The position numbers and the translations under genes are program-made. Shown here one piece after another: positions 18,924-30,009 of a stretch of 59,086 bases of DNA (position 1 is its first letter; each line of letters begins with the position of its first letter). The notes below the pieces were generated by a model. That model was not told the DNA's origin. It made no database searches and saw only the letters and a list, made by a program, of their open reading frames with translations. The stretch is taken from IMG/VR virus record IMGVR_UViG_3300034100_000010, positions 1 through 59,086 of that record. The stretch is one strand, 5' to 3'. Origin of the DNA: a virus (Duplodnaviria > Caudoviricetes).

Positions 18924-20549
18924 ATGCCGCGCAAGATGACTAATGAAGAATTTATAACCAAAGCAAAATTGATACATGATAGTAAGCCTTATGATTACAG
19001 CGAAACTATCTATAACGGTAACAACAAATCCGTAAACATAGTATGCTTGTTACATGGCGAATTCACCCCGCTTGCAAATGATCATCTTAGCAAGAAAGCA
19101 GGGTGCCCAAAGTGTGCTGGTGTAAAAAAACTAACCTTGGATGAGTTTGTTACCCGTTCAAACATTACACACAAAAACAAGTTCGACTACTCTAAAGTAA
19201 TTTACAAAAACGTAGAGACGCGAGTAATCATCGGATGTCCAAACGGTCATGATTTCAAGCAAACACCTCATGCACATATGAGCGGTCAAGGATGCAATAC
19301 TTGCAGCAAGACAGCTAAAAAGAGTACAGAAAAATTCATTGCTGATGCACGTGCAAAATACGGCGACAAGTTCGATTACTCTAAAGTGGATTATCAAGAT
19401 TCCAAAATTCCAGTAACTATTATTTGCCCTATCAAGGGTGAGTTTCAGCAAACACCAGTAGTTCATCTGACTTGTAAGACTGGGTATCCGCTTTGGATGA
19501 TTAACGAACCTTCGTCTAAGGAGGAGTTTGTTGCTAAATCGCAGGAAGCCCATGGACTGTTATATGATTATTCAAAATCTGTGTATGTTGCAAACAAGAA
19601 GCCAATTGAAATATCCTGTAAGGAGCACGGGCCATTTTGGATGCTTGTACATAACCATTATAAAGGTTCGGGTTGTCCTACATGTGCGCTAGGTCGTACA
19701 GAGTCTAAGCCTGAGAAGATACTTAAAGAGGCATTACAAGACTTCAACCCTATTAAGACAATATCAGTTATTCCGGGTGGGCGTGAATTAGATATTTACT
19801 TCGAACAACACAAATTAGCGGTTGAAGTGAATGGTATTTATTTTCATTCTGATATAATGGAGAAACACAAAACATCTCATCGTAGGAAGTATGAGGATTG
19901 TTTAAGTCTTGGTATCAGGTTAATGCAGTTCACCGACAAAGAAATACTTAAGCGTGAACCAATCGTTATTAGTATGATTAAGAACGGCTTGGGTATTTCC
20001 AAAAAGTTGTATGCTAGAAAATGTGAAGTCAAAGAAGTTAGTTACGAGGAGTACACAACTTTTTTCAAAGCCAACCATATATCGGGTTCGGTATCATCTA
20101 AAACAGCTTTTGGTTTGTATTACGAAGATGTCTTGGTTTCTTGTATGTCTTTCAATAAACCAAGATTCTCTAAAGAAGCTGAATGGGAGATTATCAGATT
20201 TGCCACAGTTCTAGGACATTCAGTTGTTGGTGGTGCGTCAAAACTATTTAACGCTTTTAAGGTTAGATATGCGCCAACTTCTGTATTGAGTTATGCCGAT
20301 CTTAGGTTTGGTACGGGAGGAGTTTATGAAAAACTTGAGTTTATCAAGACTCATACTTCCGATATTGGCTTTTCATATCATCACGGAAGCGGTACTATAT
20401 TGAGCAGGTATCAAGCACAAAGGCATAAACTACCAAAACTTCTGGGTGATAAGTTCGATGAATCTAAATCGGCCTATGCTAACATGATTTCAGCGGGTTA
20501 TTACAAACTTCATGATTGTGGGAACAATGTATATTTATGGAAATCTTAA
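18924..20549 (+). CDS. Zinc-ribbon-repeat Hef-like homing endonuclease
   Basis: Four YDYS...I.C..HG.F repeats, mostly ending GCPxC, then ELDIY...AVEVNGIYFHS; promoter TTGACA-17-TATAGT at 18871. Confidence 0.75.
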   Translation: MPRKMTNEEFITKAKLIHDSKPYDYSETIYNGNNKSVNIVCLLHGEFTPLANDHLSKKAGCPKCAGVKKLTLDEFVTRSNITHKNKFDYSKVIYKNVETRVIIGCPNGHDFKQTPHAHMSGQGCNTCSKTAKKSTEKFIADARAKYGDKFDYSKVDYQDSKIPVTIICPIKGEFQQTPVVHLTCKTGYPLWMINEPSSKEEFVAKSQEAHGLLYDYSKSVYVANKKPIEISCKEHGPFWMLVHNHYKGSGCPTCALGRTESKPEKILKEALQDFNPIKTISVIPGGRELDIYFEQHKLAVEVNGIYFHSDIMEKHKTSHRRKYEDCLSLGIRLMQFTDKEILKREPIVISMIKNGLGISKKLYARKCEVKEVSYEEYTTFFKANHISGSVSSKTAFGLYYEDVLVSCMSFNKPRFSKEAEWEIIRFATVLGHSVVGGASKLFNAFKVRYAPTSVLSYADLRFGTGGVYEKLEFIKTHTSDIGFSYHHGSGTILSRYQAQRHKLPKLLGDKFDESKSAYANMISAGYYKLHDCGNNVYLWKS

Positions 20550-20611
20550 CCTTGACTAAAAGTTAAAACTGTGCTAAACACTTTAGGATACCATATCCCT
20601 AGAGTGATGCC

Positions 20612-23600
20612 ATGTCTGAGAACTCCACGCTACCTATCGAAATTGAGGTACGGTTAGACCGTAGTAGTGTAGAACGCTCGTTTGCTGATCTTGAGGCTAA
20701 AGCGGCTTCAGCGGGCCGTAAGATTGGTGATAGCATGTCTAAGGCGATGTCTCAGGAACGCCAGATAGACAAGCAACTTAATACCGATAGATACTTCAAA
20801 CAAGCACAAGCTATTGATTCTGTAACAGCAGCAATGCAGAAACAGAACGAAGTATTTAAAGCAGCAGGTATCCGAAGCCCTCAAGCAATATCAAATGAAC
20901 TCAAAGCTTTACGCGATTCCAAAGCCGCTTGGGAGGCTCTTGGTCCTGCTACAGAAGGCTACAATGGTGCTTTAGCAGAAATCACTCGAAAAACTAATAT
21001 ACTTACTGAAGGTAATGCTCGTGCTCGTGGTTCATTTCATAAGATGACAGCAGCGTTAGCATCACTGACATTCGAGGTTACTGGAGCTGTTTATGGTTTG
21101 GCGGCTATTGGTGGTGCAATTGCTAGTGGTGCTATCTTCGGTATTAAGTTCCTGAAAGATATTGAAGATGCCAAGATGGGTATCTCAGGAACTGTATTAT
21201 CTATGAATTTATTGGCCGGTGAAGCTATGACTACTTCGCAGGCTATGGGTGTTGCTGATGGCGTTATATCTAAACTAGAGCAAGATTCACTTAAATATAA
21301 TGTCTCATTAGCAGATACAGCAAAGTTGTTTCAGGCAATTGTTGGTCCAGGTACAGCAGCCCGTATGACTATGGATGAAATAGGAAAGACTGCTGTTATT
21401 GGTGCTGTTGCTGTTAAGTCAATGGGACTTAACAGTATGCAAGTTGTCCAGGAGGTGAGAGACTTAGTACAGGGAGGTATCCAAGCAGCTTCAAGTACTT
21501 TGGCTACAGCTCTAGGGCTAAATGACAAACAAATCAAAGCAGCTAAGGAGTCATCTCAAGGACTGTTTGCATTCCTAGAAGAACGTATGGCTGGTTTTGC
21601 TATGATGTCGATGGAGCGTAATAACACCCTGTCCGGTTCATGGGACATGTTGTGGATGAAAGTTCAGAGATTGTTTGCAGACCCACAAGTATTTTCAGCA
21701 CTTGTTGAGGGTATAAAAGAAATATCTAACGCTATTGGTACAATAGAAACTGACTCTGAAGGTAATTTCAAGGGTCTTAAACTAAACCCTGATCTTGTTA
21801 GCGCGGTAAAACTTTACTCGGAAGCAATCACAGGTACAATAAAAGTTTTGGCGGCTGTCGCAGAATATACAATCAAGTGGTATGATGCTATTTCGTTGGT
21901 TGCAGGGTTTTTTGTAGCAAATAAATTATTCGGTACAATACTACCCTTGTTTGCAACCTATATAGTACGTCTGGAAGCTGCTGCTGTAGCAACCATAGCA
22001 TTAGGCACTGCTTCGGAGGTGATGGCAGCTAAGTCTGTTGCATCTGCCGAAGTTGTAGCTGCTGCTGGTGGGACTCTTGCTAAAGGTTCGTTGGCGGCTA
22101 GAGGTGGTTTATATGGTATGTTGCTTTGGGGTGTTTATGAGTTGGCAGACTTCGCGTTTCATTCAAAGTGGGTAGAAGACAATATATTTGCAACCATGAT
22201 GCAAATAGGTAACTGGTGGGACGAAACAAAGAAGAAAATGGGCATGGGTTCCCAGCAGGAGGTTATTCAAGGGCGTATAGCGAAGTTACAATCGCTTAAG
22301 CCTGCTGATTTCAAAACTGACATGTTCGGTTCAGGTGAAGATAAGTGGAAAGCTAATTTAGCAGCTATAGAGTCATATAAAAAACAATTAGAAACCGTAG
22401 CACCTGTTGAGAAAAAAGTCACCACTGTTATTGATACTGAACAGGCATATCGAGTTGCAACTATTCAACAAGGTCTAAAAGCCCAAAATAAATTACGTGA
22501 AGACTATGAAAAATCTGACCCAACGGCAAAGCGCAATAAAGCTATAGAACAAGCTAACGAGTCTTTAAAGTTATCTTTGATGGCCGTTGGTGAACAAATG
22601 AAACAAGGTAAATTGACAGAGGAAGAATCCAAAAGCAAACAGTTAGAAATTGTAAAACACTACAATGCTGCTATTGCTGAAGCCGAAAAGTCTACAGAAT
22701 CAAAACGGTCGTCTGTACGTAGCACAGCAGCCAAAGAAGCCCGAGACCTACTAAAACAATCTGTAGATGACTACAAAGCTATCGAAAGCGCCCTAAATGA
22801 ATCTGTTACAAACGGTTCGATAACTTATATCGAAGGATATAACGCACGAATTGCTGCGCTAAACTCCTACATCGCGGTAAACGGCACTAATAACAAACTT
22901 GTCACAGAACGCAATAAGACAGAAACAGAACTTGTAAAATTTACCGATGACTTGTTGAAGAAATCAGTTGATCTAAAAATCAAATATTACGGCGATACTA
23001 TGTCTGCCGGTGATGCATATATGGCTGAATTTGAAGCTAACTCGTCCAAAGAACGTAAGATTGTTGAAGATACGATTGCAGGTATAGAGAGTCTTAAACG
23101 TGAATTAGACCCATCTGAGTTGGCAGCTCTGGCAAAAGCTAAAGAATATTTGCTTAATTTTGATAAAGCTGAAAAGGCTGCTAAAAGCATTTCTGTACTC
23201 AAGACAGCACTGCAACAACTAGAAGTTATTGCTGCAAAAACACAATCTAAATTATCAGATATTGATATGGGTGTGGCTCGGTCTGGTGGGTATCAGTCAG
23301 CTATTGACGCTTCTGAAATAACGAAACTTGAAGAACTGCGTTTAAGTTATGAAGCATCAAAAACAGCATTGGATTCGTACAATATATCCTTAGATGTTAC
23401 TGGTGAAGCAGCGTCTAAACAGGCTGAAGAAATATTAAAACTAAAAGCCGCTGTTGACAAATCTGAAAAATCCTACCTTGATTTAAAAAACGCAATGGAC
23501 AAAACCTTCGGCAGAGGTATGGATAAAGCCGTAGCAGATTATATTAAATCAGCTAACGACATGGCTACACAATCCAACAACCTATTCAGCAACATGTTCA

Positions 23601-26335
23601 AAAACCTTGAAGATGCCTTCACCAACTTCATCATGACCGGCAAGATGGATTTCAAATCGTTTGTCAACAGCATGATTGCTGACCTTGCTAGGATGGCTGC
23701 TAAACAGATTGTACTGTCGTTCGCTGGAAGTTTTGGAGGTATGTTTGGGGTTGCGGGTGCAGCAGGTAGTGCTGGATCGTCTATGTTATCTAGCGCTGCT
23801 GGTTCGGCAGCAGGAAACCTATTAGGAAGTACGATCAGTGGTGCTGGTATAGGTGCTATAGCATCAGGCGCTGCTTACGGTACAGGTTTTATGTCTCAAC
23901 AAAGTCTAATGCTCTTAGCCCAAGAGTCTACAGGTGTTGTTGCTAGTTTGGCAGAAGTTGGTTCTACAATATCTGGAGCTCTATCAGCAATTCCTGGATG
24001 GGGTTGGGCTTTGGCTGGAGGTGCGTTATTGGCTGACAGTCTCGGTCTGTTCGGTGAAGCTGGCGGTCCAAAAGTTGGAGGTCTAGGACTTGTTAACACT
24101 GCCGGTGTTGGTCAGACAATGCAGTACGAACAAGAAACATATACGCATGGCGGAACATCTAGTGGGGGTGATCCATTTCACGTTGCAGATATTACCACAG
24201 CATCAATGACTCAAATTAAAGACCTTGCTGGTAAATTTGGGAAAACATTAAGTGAGGAATTTACTTTCGGACTCGCTGCCGAATTTGATCCAGAAGGAAC
24301 AGCTTCGGGATGGTTAAGGTACATTGTAAATGGCGAAGTAACTAGTAAAGAAGTTGGTGGTCAAGATGTCGAGGCAGGGGCAAAAGAATTTTTGATTACT
24401 GCACAACGCGGTATGATTGCTTCGCTTGCAGAGATCGACCTATCGCCTGTTGTTGATCCGTTGTTAGATAGCATCCCTGACATCGCTTCACTGACAGAAC
24501 AACAAGCAGCGAACATTCTTAAAATTGTTTCTGACTTGTCTGAGACAAGTGCTCAATCATTAGATGATTTGTTTGGTGAAGCGTTTGATATTAGTAAGTT
24601 TGAACCGTTTAAACAAGAGGGCGAACTTACTATCGAAACATTCGGCAGGTTGGCGAATGTGTTTAGTAGTACAAATGTCATTGCAGAAATGCTAGGGCAG
24701 GACACAGCTACTGCATTTGGTGAAATAGGGTTAGCATCTTCGGAGATGCGCCAATCCTTGATTGATGGTGCTGGTGGGCTAGAGAACCTTGGGAATCAAG
24801 CTACATTCTTTTATCAAAACTTCTACACTGAAGCTGAAAGGGCGTCTATCGACATAAAGAAAGCTTCGGATCAAGTCAGTTACGCTTTTGCAGAAATGGG
24901 TATTGCGATACCTGAATCGGATAAAGCGTTCAGAGATTTGGTAAAGGGGCTTGATCTAGGTACGGAAGCAGGTCAGAAAATGTACCAGTCTCTTATGGAT
25001 ATAGCGCCAGCATTCGCAAAAGTAGAACAGGCGAGTAAAGCAGCACTTCAAAGCATTGCAGGGTCTTTAGACAAATTAAAGGGGGGTCAAGCTAATACTA
25101 AATTTTTGGCAGAACAGGAAGCCGCTTCTACTTTCAGCGCTGTGCAAGCCGCGATGCCTTGGATCACCTCGATTGAACAACTAGCAACGATAACTCTTGA
25201 AGATGCTGCAAACTACTCATCTGCTAATCAGCAACTTATCGCTGCTGCTCTGGAAGCCGAAGCTGCTGTAAACGGATTCTCTGAAAGCGTTGCAGAGACC
25301 GCCAAAGCTATAACAGAGAATAGCAACGTATTTATCACGTCAATCGGAGAGGTGTGGGATTCAGCCCGTCAGAAAGTTGACGAAATTGCGAACACCGCTG
25401 CAAACATCGTCGGGGAATCCCCAACAAGCACGGTATCCGATAAATATATGGCTCAAATAGCTGCAATCCAACAAGTTCTTGAGCAAGCTAAAACAACATA
25501 CGCTGCTGGCACCACCCTCAAGCAAGGTTCAAATACCTACGAACTATATTTGTCGCAAGCACAAAAAACAGAACTTGAGGAACTGATACGCTACAGTAAC
25601 GAGCGTATTGTAGCACTTAAAGGCGAACTAGAACAGTATGTGGCCTTGGAGGCCGCGTACCCAGGACATGGTGAGGCACTACAAGATTTGGAGAAGTGGT
25701 ATAAAACACAAAAAGAAACTTTGATGTCAACTGGCGAATCTGTCGAACAAAATATGTTGTTGATGGAAATGTTGGAAAAAACTTATCAAGAGAAGCGTAA
25801 CGCCATTCTGAATGACGGTATCAGCGAAGGTCTGGAAAACGCTAAAACTGCGTTGCGTAAGTGGATAGATAGCATGTATTTCAACGAGCAACTATCTCCG
25901 CTGACGGCACAACAAAAATTTGAGGAATCGCAGTCGCAATATGTTGAAAATTTGATGAAAGCCCAAGGTGGTGATGTTGAGGCTATATCAAACTTCCAAA
26001 AATATGCCGAAGAATATCTAAAACAAGCTAAAAACATGTACGGGTTTGGTGGGGATTACAGCGCTATTTGGAAGAGTATTATGGAACAAGCAGGCATTCT
26101 ATCTCCAGAACTTGTGATCCCTGAGAATACTATAAGCCAACCTGCTACAACCAATGACATTGCTGAACTTACTAGCCAAGTAAATGAACTTAAAGAAGTT
26201 TTGGCAAGGGTCATGGAAAAAGGCAATACGATTACGCAAGAACAAACAACACAATTGGTATCAGCGATACGTGATGGTAGTGCTACACAGGCTAGGGCCA
26301 CAACAAATGCTGTAACAGTGCAGTCAAGAACTTGA
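20612..26335 (+). CDS. Tail tape measure protein
   Basis: 1907 aa, Ala-rich and helical, with a lambda-type segment LEDAFTNFIMTGKMDFKSFVNSMIADLARM. Confidence 0.95.
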   Translation: MSENSTLPIEIEVRLDRSSVERSFADLEAKAASAGRKIGDSMSKAMSQERQIDKQLNTDRYFKQAQAIDSVTAAMQKQNEVFKAAGIRSPQAISNELKALRDSKAAWEALGPATEGYNGALAEITRKTNILTEGNARARGSFHKMTAALASLTFEVTGAVYGLAAIGGAIASGAIFGIKFLKDIEDAKMGISGTVLSMNLLAGEAMTTSQAMGVADGVISKLEQDSLKYNVSLADTAKLFQAIVGPGTAARMTMDEIGKTAVIGAVAVKSMGLNSMQVVQEVRDLVQGGIQAASSTLATALGLNDKQIKAAKESSQGLFAFLEERMAGFAMMSMERNNTLSGSWDMLWMKVQRLFADPQVFSALVEGIKEISNAIGTIETDSEGNFKGLKLNPDLVSAVKLYSEAITGTIKVLAAVAEYTIKWYDAISLVAGFFVANKLFGTILPLFATYIVRLEAAAVATIALGTASEVMAAKSVASAEVVAAAGGTLAKGSLAARGGLYGMLLWGVYELADFAFHSKWVEDNIFATMMQIGNWWDETKKKMGMGSQQEVIQGRIAKLQSLKPADFKTDMFGSGEDKWKANLAAIESYKKQLETVAPVEKKVTTVIDTEQAYRVATIQQGLKAQNKLREDYEKSDPTAKRNKAIEQANESLKLSLMAVGEQMKQGKLTEEESKSKQLEIVKHYNAAIAEAEKSTESKRSSVRSTAAKEARDLLKQSVDDYKAIESALNESVTNGSITYIEGYNARIAALNSYIAVNGTNNKLVTERNKTETELVKFTDDLLKKSVDLKIKYYGDTMSAGDAYMAEFEANSSKERKIVEDTIAGIESLKRELDPSELAALAKAKEYLLNFDKAEKAAKSISVLKTALQQLEVIAAKTQSKLSDIDMGVARSGGYQSAIDASEITKLEELRLSYEASKTALDSYNISLDVTGEAASKQAEEILKLKAAVDKSEKSYLDLKNAMDKTFGRGMDKAVADYIKSANDMATQSNNLFSNMFKNLEDAFTNFIMTGKMDFKSFVNSMIADLARMAAKQIVLSFAGSFGGMFGVAGAAGSAGSSMLSSAAGSAAGNLLGSTISGAGIGAIASGAAYGTGFMSQQSLMLLAQESTGVVASLAEVGSTISGALSAIPGWGWALAGGALLADSLGLFGEAGGPKVGGLGLVNTAGVGQTMQYEQETYTHGGTSSGGDPFHVADITTASMTQIKDLAGKFGKTLSEEFTFGLAAEFDPEGTASGWLRYIVNGEVTSKEVGGQDVEAGAKEFLITAQRGMIASLAEIDLSPVVDPLLDSIPDIASLTEQQAANILKIVSDLSETSAQSLDDLFGEAFDISKFEPFKQEGELTIETFGRLANVFSSTNVIAEMLGQDTATAFGEIGLASSEMRQSLIDGAGGLENLGNQATFFYQNFYTEAERASIDIKKASDQVSYAFAEMGIAIPESDKAFRDLVKGLDLGTEAGQKMYQSLMDIAPAFAKVEQASKAALQSIAGSLDKLKGGQANTKFLAEQEAASTFSAVQAAMPWITSIEQLATITLEDAANYSSANQQLIAAALEAEAAVNGFSESVAETAKAITENSNVFITSIGEVWDSARQKVDEIANTAANIVGESPTSTVSDKYMAQIAAIQQVLEQAKTTYAAGTTLKQGSNTYELYLSQAQKTELEELIRYSNERIVALKGELEQYVALEAAYPGHGEALQDLEKWYKTQKETLMSTGESVEQNMLLMEMLEKTYQEKRNAILNDGISEGLENAKTALRKWIDSMYFNEQLSPLTAQQKFEESQSQYVENLMKAQGGDVEAISNFQKYAEEYLKQAKNMYGFGGDYSAIWKSIMEQAGILSPELVIPENTISQPATTNDIAELTSQVNELKEVLARVMEKGNTITQEQTTQLVSAIRDGSATQARATTNAVTVQSRT

Positions 26336-26388
26336 CAACGTAGCTGATATGTGCAATAACAAGACACTTATAAATAAAAGAGTACCTG

Positions 26389-28173
26389 ATGAGCATTAAC
26401 GGATATAATATAAACGGTTCTGAGGCGCTTGACGAAGAAGCCTACCAATTGTGGTTGCGTGACCCAAACGCTTCTGTTATGCATCTTGTAGAGATAGATT
26501 ACAAGAATGATCAAGTGCTTGCTGATGTTGGTACTCAATTACCACTAATCTACACGGTAAAACTCTCTGACTCACCTTATCCGCCATATTATGACATCGT
26601 AAAGTCTATACCTTCTGTTAGTAGGAGGATCGGCGAAAACTTCACTGGTGTTGTATCAGCCAGTATAGGTACATTAGAACTTCACAACGTAACAGGTGTT
26701 ATAGACAGTTGGTTAAATCTAAATATATCGGGGCGTGAGGTAAGGATTTTTCACGGGTCTCCTGATTGGCCTGTAGAACGATTTAGGCGTGTTATGACGT
26801 GCATTGCTGAGAGGGTGTCTAGTGCTGATGATATGTCGGTAACTATAATGTTGCGAGGTCGGGAAGTAGTAGCAAATACCTCGTTAAATACAGCTACTTT
26901 TGGCTCTGGCACTACATCTGAAGGTGCTGTAATACCTCTTGCTTATGGTACTGTTTTTAATGCAGAACCAAAATTATACGATTCTACTACATCAACGTAT
27001 CAGTGGCATAACGGCGTTGTCAGCGCGGTAACGGCTGTTAGGGATAATGGTTATAAATTCGAAACGGACAGTTTAACCGTAACAGCAGTAGATTCTACTA
27101 CAAACACACTAACAATAACAGATCATGGTTTCTTTGAAAATACTAGGGTCGTGTTCAGCGGTACTCCGCCGACACCTCTAGCGGCTTCAACTGATTATTG
27201 GGTGATTTCAGGGGGTCTTACCACTTCTGATTTTAGATTAAGCTTAACTAGAGGTGGTTCTGAAATAGATATAACCAGCACCACTACAGGCGCTACATGC
27301 ATAGGTTATCATTGGACTGCTGAAATATCTACTGGAAAGATTCTGATGGATAGTAAGCCGTCAGGACAAGTAACTTTGGATGGGTCTGGTTATGCCTCCG
27401 GTGGTTTCATAAATTTGGCGGCAGACATACTACCGATTATTATGGGTATTTCATCTTCGCAATTTAACAAGCAATCACAAGATGCTTTCAGAACAACTTG
27501 CCCACAACCTATAGGTTATTATGCTCATGAACGAACTAACCGGATGAGCGCTGTTGACGACATCATGCGTGGACTCGGGGCTTGGTATGGGCAGAATCGA
27601 TATGGCCAGATTATACTTGGGAGATTGGAGCAATCTCCTGTAACAGCTACAAACTTGTATGAATCCGAAATGTTGTCTCCACTAAAACTAGAACGGATGA
27701 TAATGCCGCGTGTAGGACAACGTATAGGTTATGCAAAGAATTGGACAATCCAAAAGAGTGGATTGGCGGCGGCTGTAACAGAAGATAACGCAGCTTTGTA
27801 TGGTGGTGAGTGTTCATATACTATTCCAGGTGCTGTGGTAAGTATATTGCCTGCCGATCACCCATATTACGTAACGCTTGTAGAAAAACCTGACGCACTT
27901 GTATCACATATGACTACTGAATCTGATGCGATAACAGAACGTGGTCGCATAGACCAGTTATACTATGGTTATTCAGGTATATTTCAAACCACTGTAGGTA
28001 TGATAGGTTTCGAATATGAGATAGGGCAGCCGATCACTGTGTACCATTCGCGCTATGGGTTTTCATCAGGGTTGCAAAGCACTATAGTTGGGCTTGACGA
28101 TAACATAACTGCTGGGGTTGTTACTGTGTCTTTCTACACCTATTTAGGTACTTACACGCCGGGACAGTTATGA
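26389..28173 (+). CDS. Tail tip / baseplate hub protein
   Basis: Follows the tape measure; IPLAYGTVFNAEP motif. Confidence 0.7.
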   Translation: MSINGYNINGSEALDEEAYQLWLRDPNASVMHLVEIDYKNDQVLADVGTQLPLIYTVKLSDSPYPPYYDIVKSIPSVSRRIGENFTGVVSASIGTLELHNVTGVIDSWLNLNISGREVRIFHGSPDWPVERFRRVMTCIAERVSSADDMSVTIMLRGREVVANTSLNTATFGSGTTSEGAVIPLAYGTVFNAEPKLYDSTTSTYQWHNGVVSAVTAVRDNGYKFETDSLTVTAVDSTTNTLTITDHGFFENTRVVFSGTPPTPLAASTDYWVISGGLTTSDFRLSLTRGGSEIDITSTTTGATCIGYHWTAEISTGKILMDSKPSGQVTLDGSGYASGGFINLAADILPIIMGISSSQFNKQSQDAFRTTCPQPIGYYAHERTNRMSAVDDIMRGLGAWYGQNRYGQIILGRLEQSPVTATNLYESEMLSPLKLERMIMPRVGQRIGYAKNWTIQKSGLAAAVTEDNAALYGGECSYTIPGAVVSILPADHPYYVTLVEKPDALVSHMTTESDAITERGRIDQLYYGYSGIFQTTVGMIGFEYEIGQPITVYHSRYGFSSGLQSTIVGLDDNITAGVVTVSFYTYLGTYTPGQL

Positions 28174-28967
28174 GTAATCTTAGAATAGCTTATGTAAACC
28201 GCGCTGATACCGCAACGCTAACTGCTAACCCTGTAGTAGAATCCACTATGCCTGTAACATATTTGCAAAACGATTCGCGCGGTTATGTGATGCGTTCGAC
28301 AAGCACTACAGCTCAAGAAATTAAAGGTGAGTGGGGAGGTACAGGTTATACCCTAGGGTGTTGTTCTTTATATAGGCATAATCTGATTACGAATGATACA
28401 TGGCGGTTGCAGCTTTATAGCGATACTACATGGACTACAAGCGTATATGATTCTGGCACAATTGACGCATTTTCTGATAATACATTTGATGACTGGGATT
28501 TTGAATTTTCTGTCATGTGGTTTACTGCTGTATCTGGCGTTAAATCTTTCAAATTAACTATAACATCTTCAACGAACCCTGATGGATATGTTGAGGCATC
28601 CAGGCTTTTTCTAGGCGCTTATACGGAAGCTGAATATAACCCTAAATATGGTATGAGCTTAGGCTACGAAAGCTCCGCTAATGTGGTAAGGTCTGACGGT
28701 GGCTCGCTGTACGGAGGTGCCAAATCTAGATGGAGGACATTGTCTTTTGATATAGAGATTACGAGTGAATCACAGCGCGCTACATGGGCTGAGATTGGTA
28801 GGTTTTGTGGGATAGACAAGACGGTGCTTGTATCTGTATATCCTGGTAACGCAACAGCAGCTTTGGAACGTGACTATACGTTACTTGGGAAGTTCGAAAA
28901 ATCACCAGAACAGGTTGCTAGTAGTTTTAATCTGTTTGATCATAGTATTAAATTATTGGAGATATAA
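28170..28967 (+). CDS. Tail tip protein (distal-tail-like)
   Basis: Synteny; NPDGYVEASRLFLG...NPKYG pattern. Confidence 0.6.
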   Translation: MSNLRIAYVNRADTATLTANPVVESTMPVTYLQNDSRGYVMRSTSTTAQEIKGEWGGTGYTLGCCSLYRHNLITNDTWRLQLYSDTTWTTSVYDSGTIDAFSDNTFDDWDFEFSVMWFTAVSGVKSFKLTITSSTNPDGYVEASRLFLGAYTEAEYNPKYGMSLGYESSANVVRSDGGSLYGGAKSRWRTLSFDIEITSESQRATWAEIGRFCGIDKTVLVSVYPGNATAALERDYTLLGKFEKSPEQVASSFNLFDHSIKLLEI

Positions 28968-30008
28968 ATGGCTAGGATTTATCTAAATAATGTAAAGACA
29001 AAATTGACGGCAGCACTGACTGTTGGTGGTGGAACGTGTACTGTAACCGCAGGAGATGGTGCGCTGTTTGCAGCAGCTACTGGCGGTGACTATATCCGCG
29101 CAACATTGGTCAAAGTGTCTGGATATAAAGAGATTGACTGGGAAATCGTAGATATTACAGCAAGGTCAACTGATACACTGACTATTACACGTGCTAGAGA
29201 GGGCACTACAGCCCTTGCGTTCGCCATAGGTGATGTTCTGGATGTGCGCTGGACAGCAGAAGTACCTGGGTCATCTACACAAGCTTTCGAAACAGCGGCA
29301 CTAAACGTGTTTGGTGTAGAGACAATTAATCTCAACTCTGATACAACACTAGCGGCCCCAACTACAGGAACGGTTTTACATCTGGCAAGCGCAGATTCCG
29401 TAGCAACAATCCAGACATTTGATGCGTTTGGTAACGCAAACCAAATCATCCACCGCCGCGCAAATGGCACATCAGCAGCGCCGACAGCGTTGCTTGCGAA
29501 TCAGATCATAGCGCAATTTGCGACATCTGGATATGGTGCGACTGCATATAGTACCCCGCGAAACAAGATGGTTGTATATGCGTCCGAAAACTGGACCGAT
29601 ACCGCACAAGGCACATACACAAGATTCAGTACCACTTTAGATGGAGCAACTACCAACACAGCAGTAATGGATTTGAGGAGTAATGGTGTTGTTTTCGCTA
29701 ATTATGGTTTTGCAGACACACTAGATATGTCAGCAACAACAGCAACATATACTGTTCCAGCAACGTCTTCCTCTTTGATTGTTAATTACGCTGGCACATG
29801 TACCTTAACTTTACCTTCGGCTTCTTCGTACACACACAAGAAGATCACTATTAAGACAGTCACAGCGAATGCTGTGGTGTCTGCATCAAGTAATGTCACC
29901 CCTCTTGCTGGTGGTGTTGCTGGTACTGCGATCTTGTCGGCAACGGCTGGTAAATGGGTTGAGTTGCAATCAGACGGTACAAACTGGATCATAATGAAGG
30001 GGAATTGA
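28968..30008 (+). CDS. Tail fibre protein
   Basis: N-terminal attachment-type module (EIVDITARSTDTLTITRAREGT); C-terminal TLTLPSA...LQSDGTNW. Confidence 0.75.
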   Translation: MARIYLNNVKTKLTAALTVGGGTCTVTAGDGALFAAATGGDYIRATLVKVSGYKEIDWEIVDITARSTDTLTITRAREGTTALAFAIGDVLDVRWTAEVPGSSTQAFETAALNVFGVETINLNSDTTLAAPTTGTVLHLASADSVATIQTFDAFGNANQIIHRRANGTSAAPTALLANQIIAQFATSGYGATAYSTPRNKMVVYASENWTDTAQGTYTRFSTTLDGATTNTAVMDLRSNGVVFANYGFADTLDMSATTATYTVPATSSSLIVNYAGTCTLTLPSASSYTHKKITIKTVTANAVVSASSNVTPLAGGVAGTAILSATAGKWVELQSDGTNWIIMKGN

Positions 30009-30009
30009 T

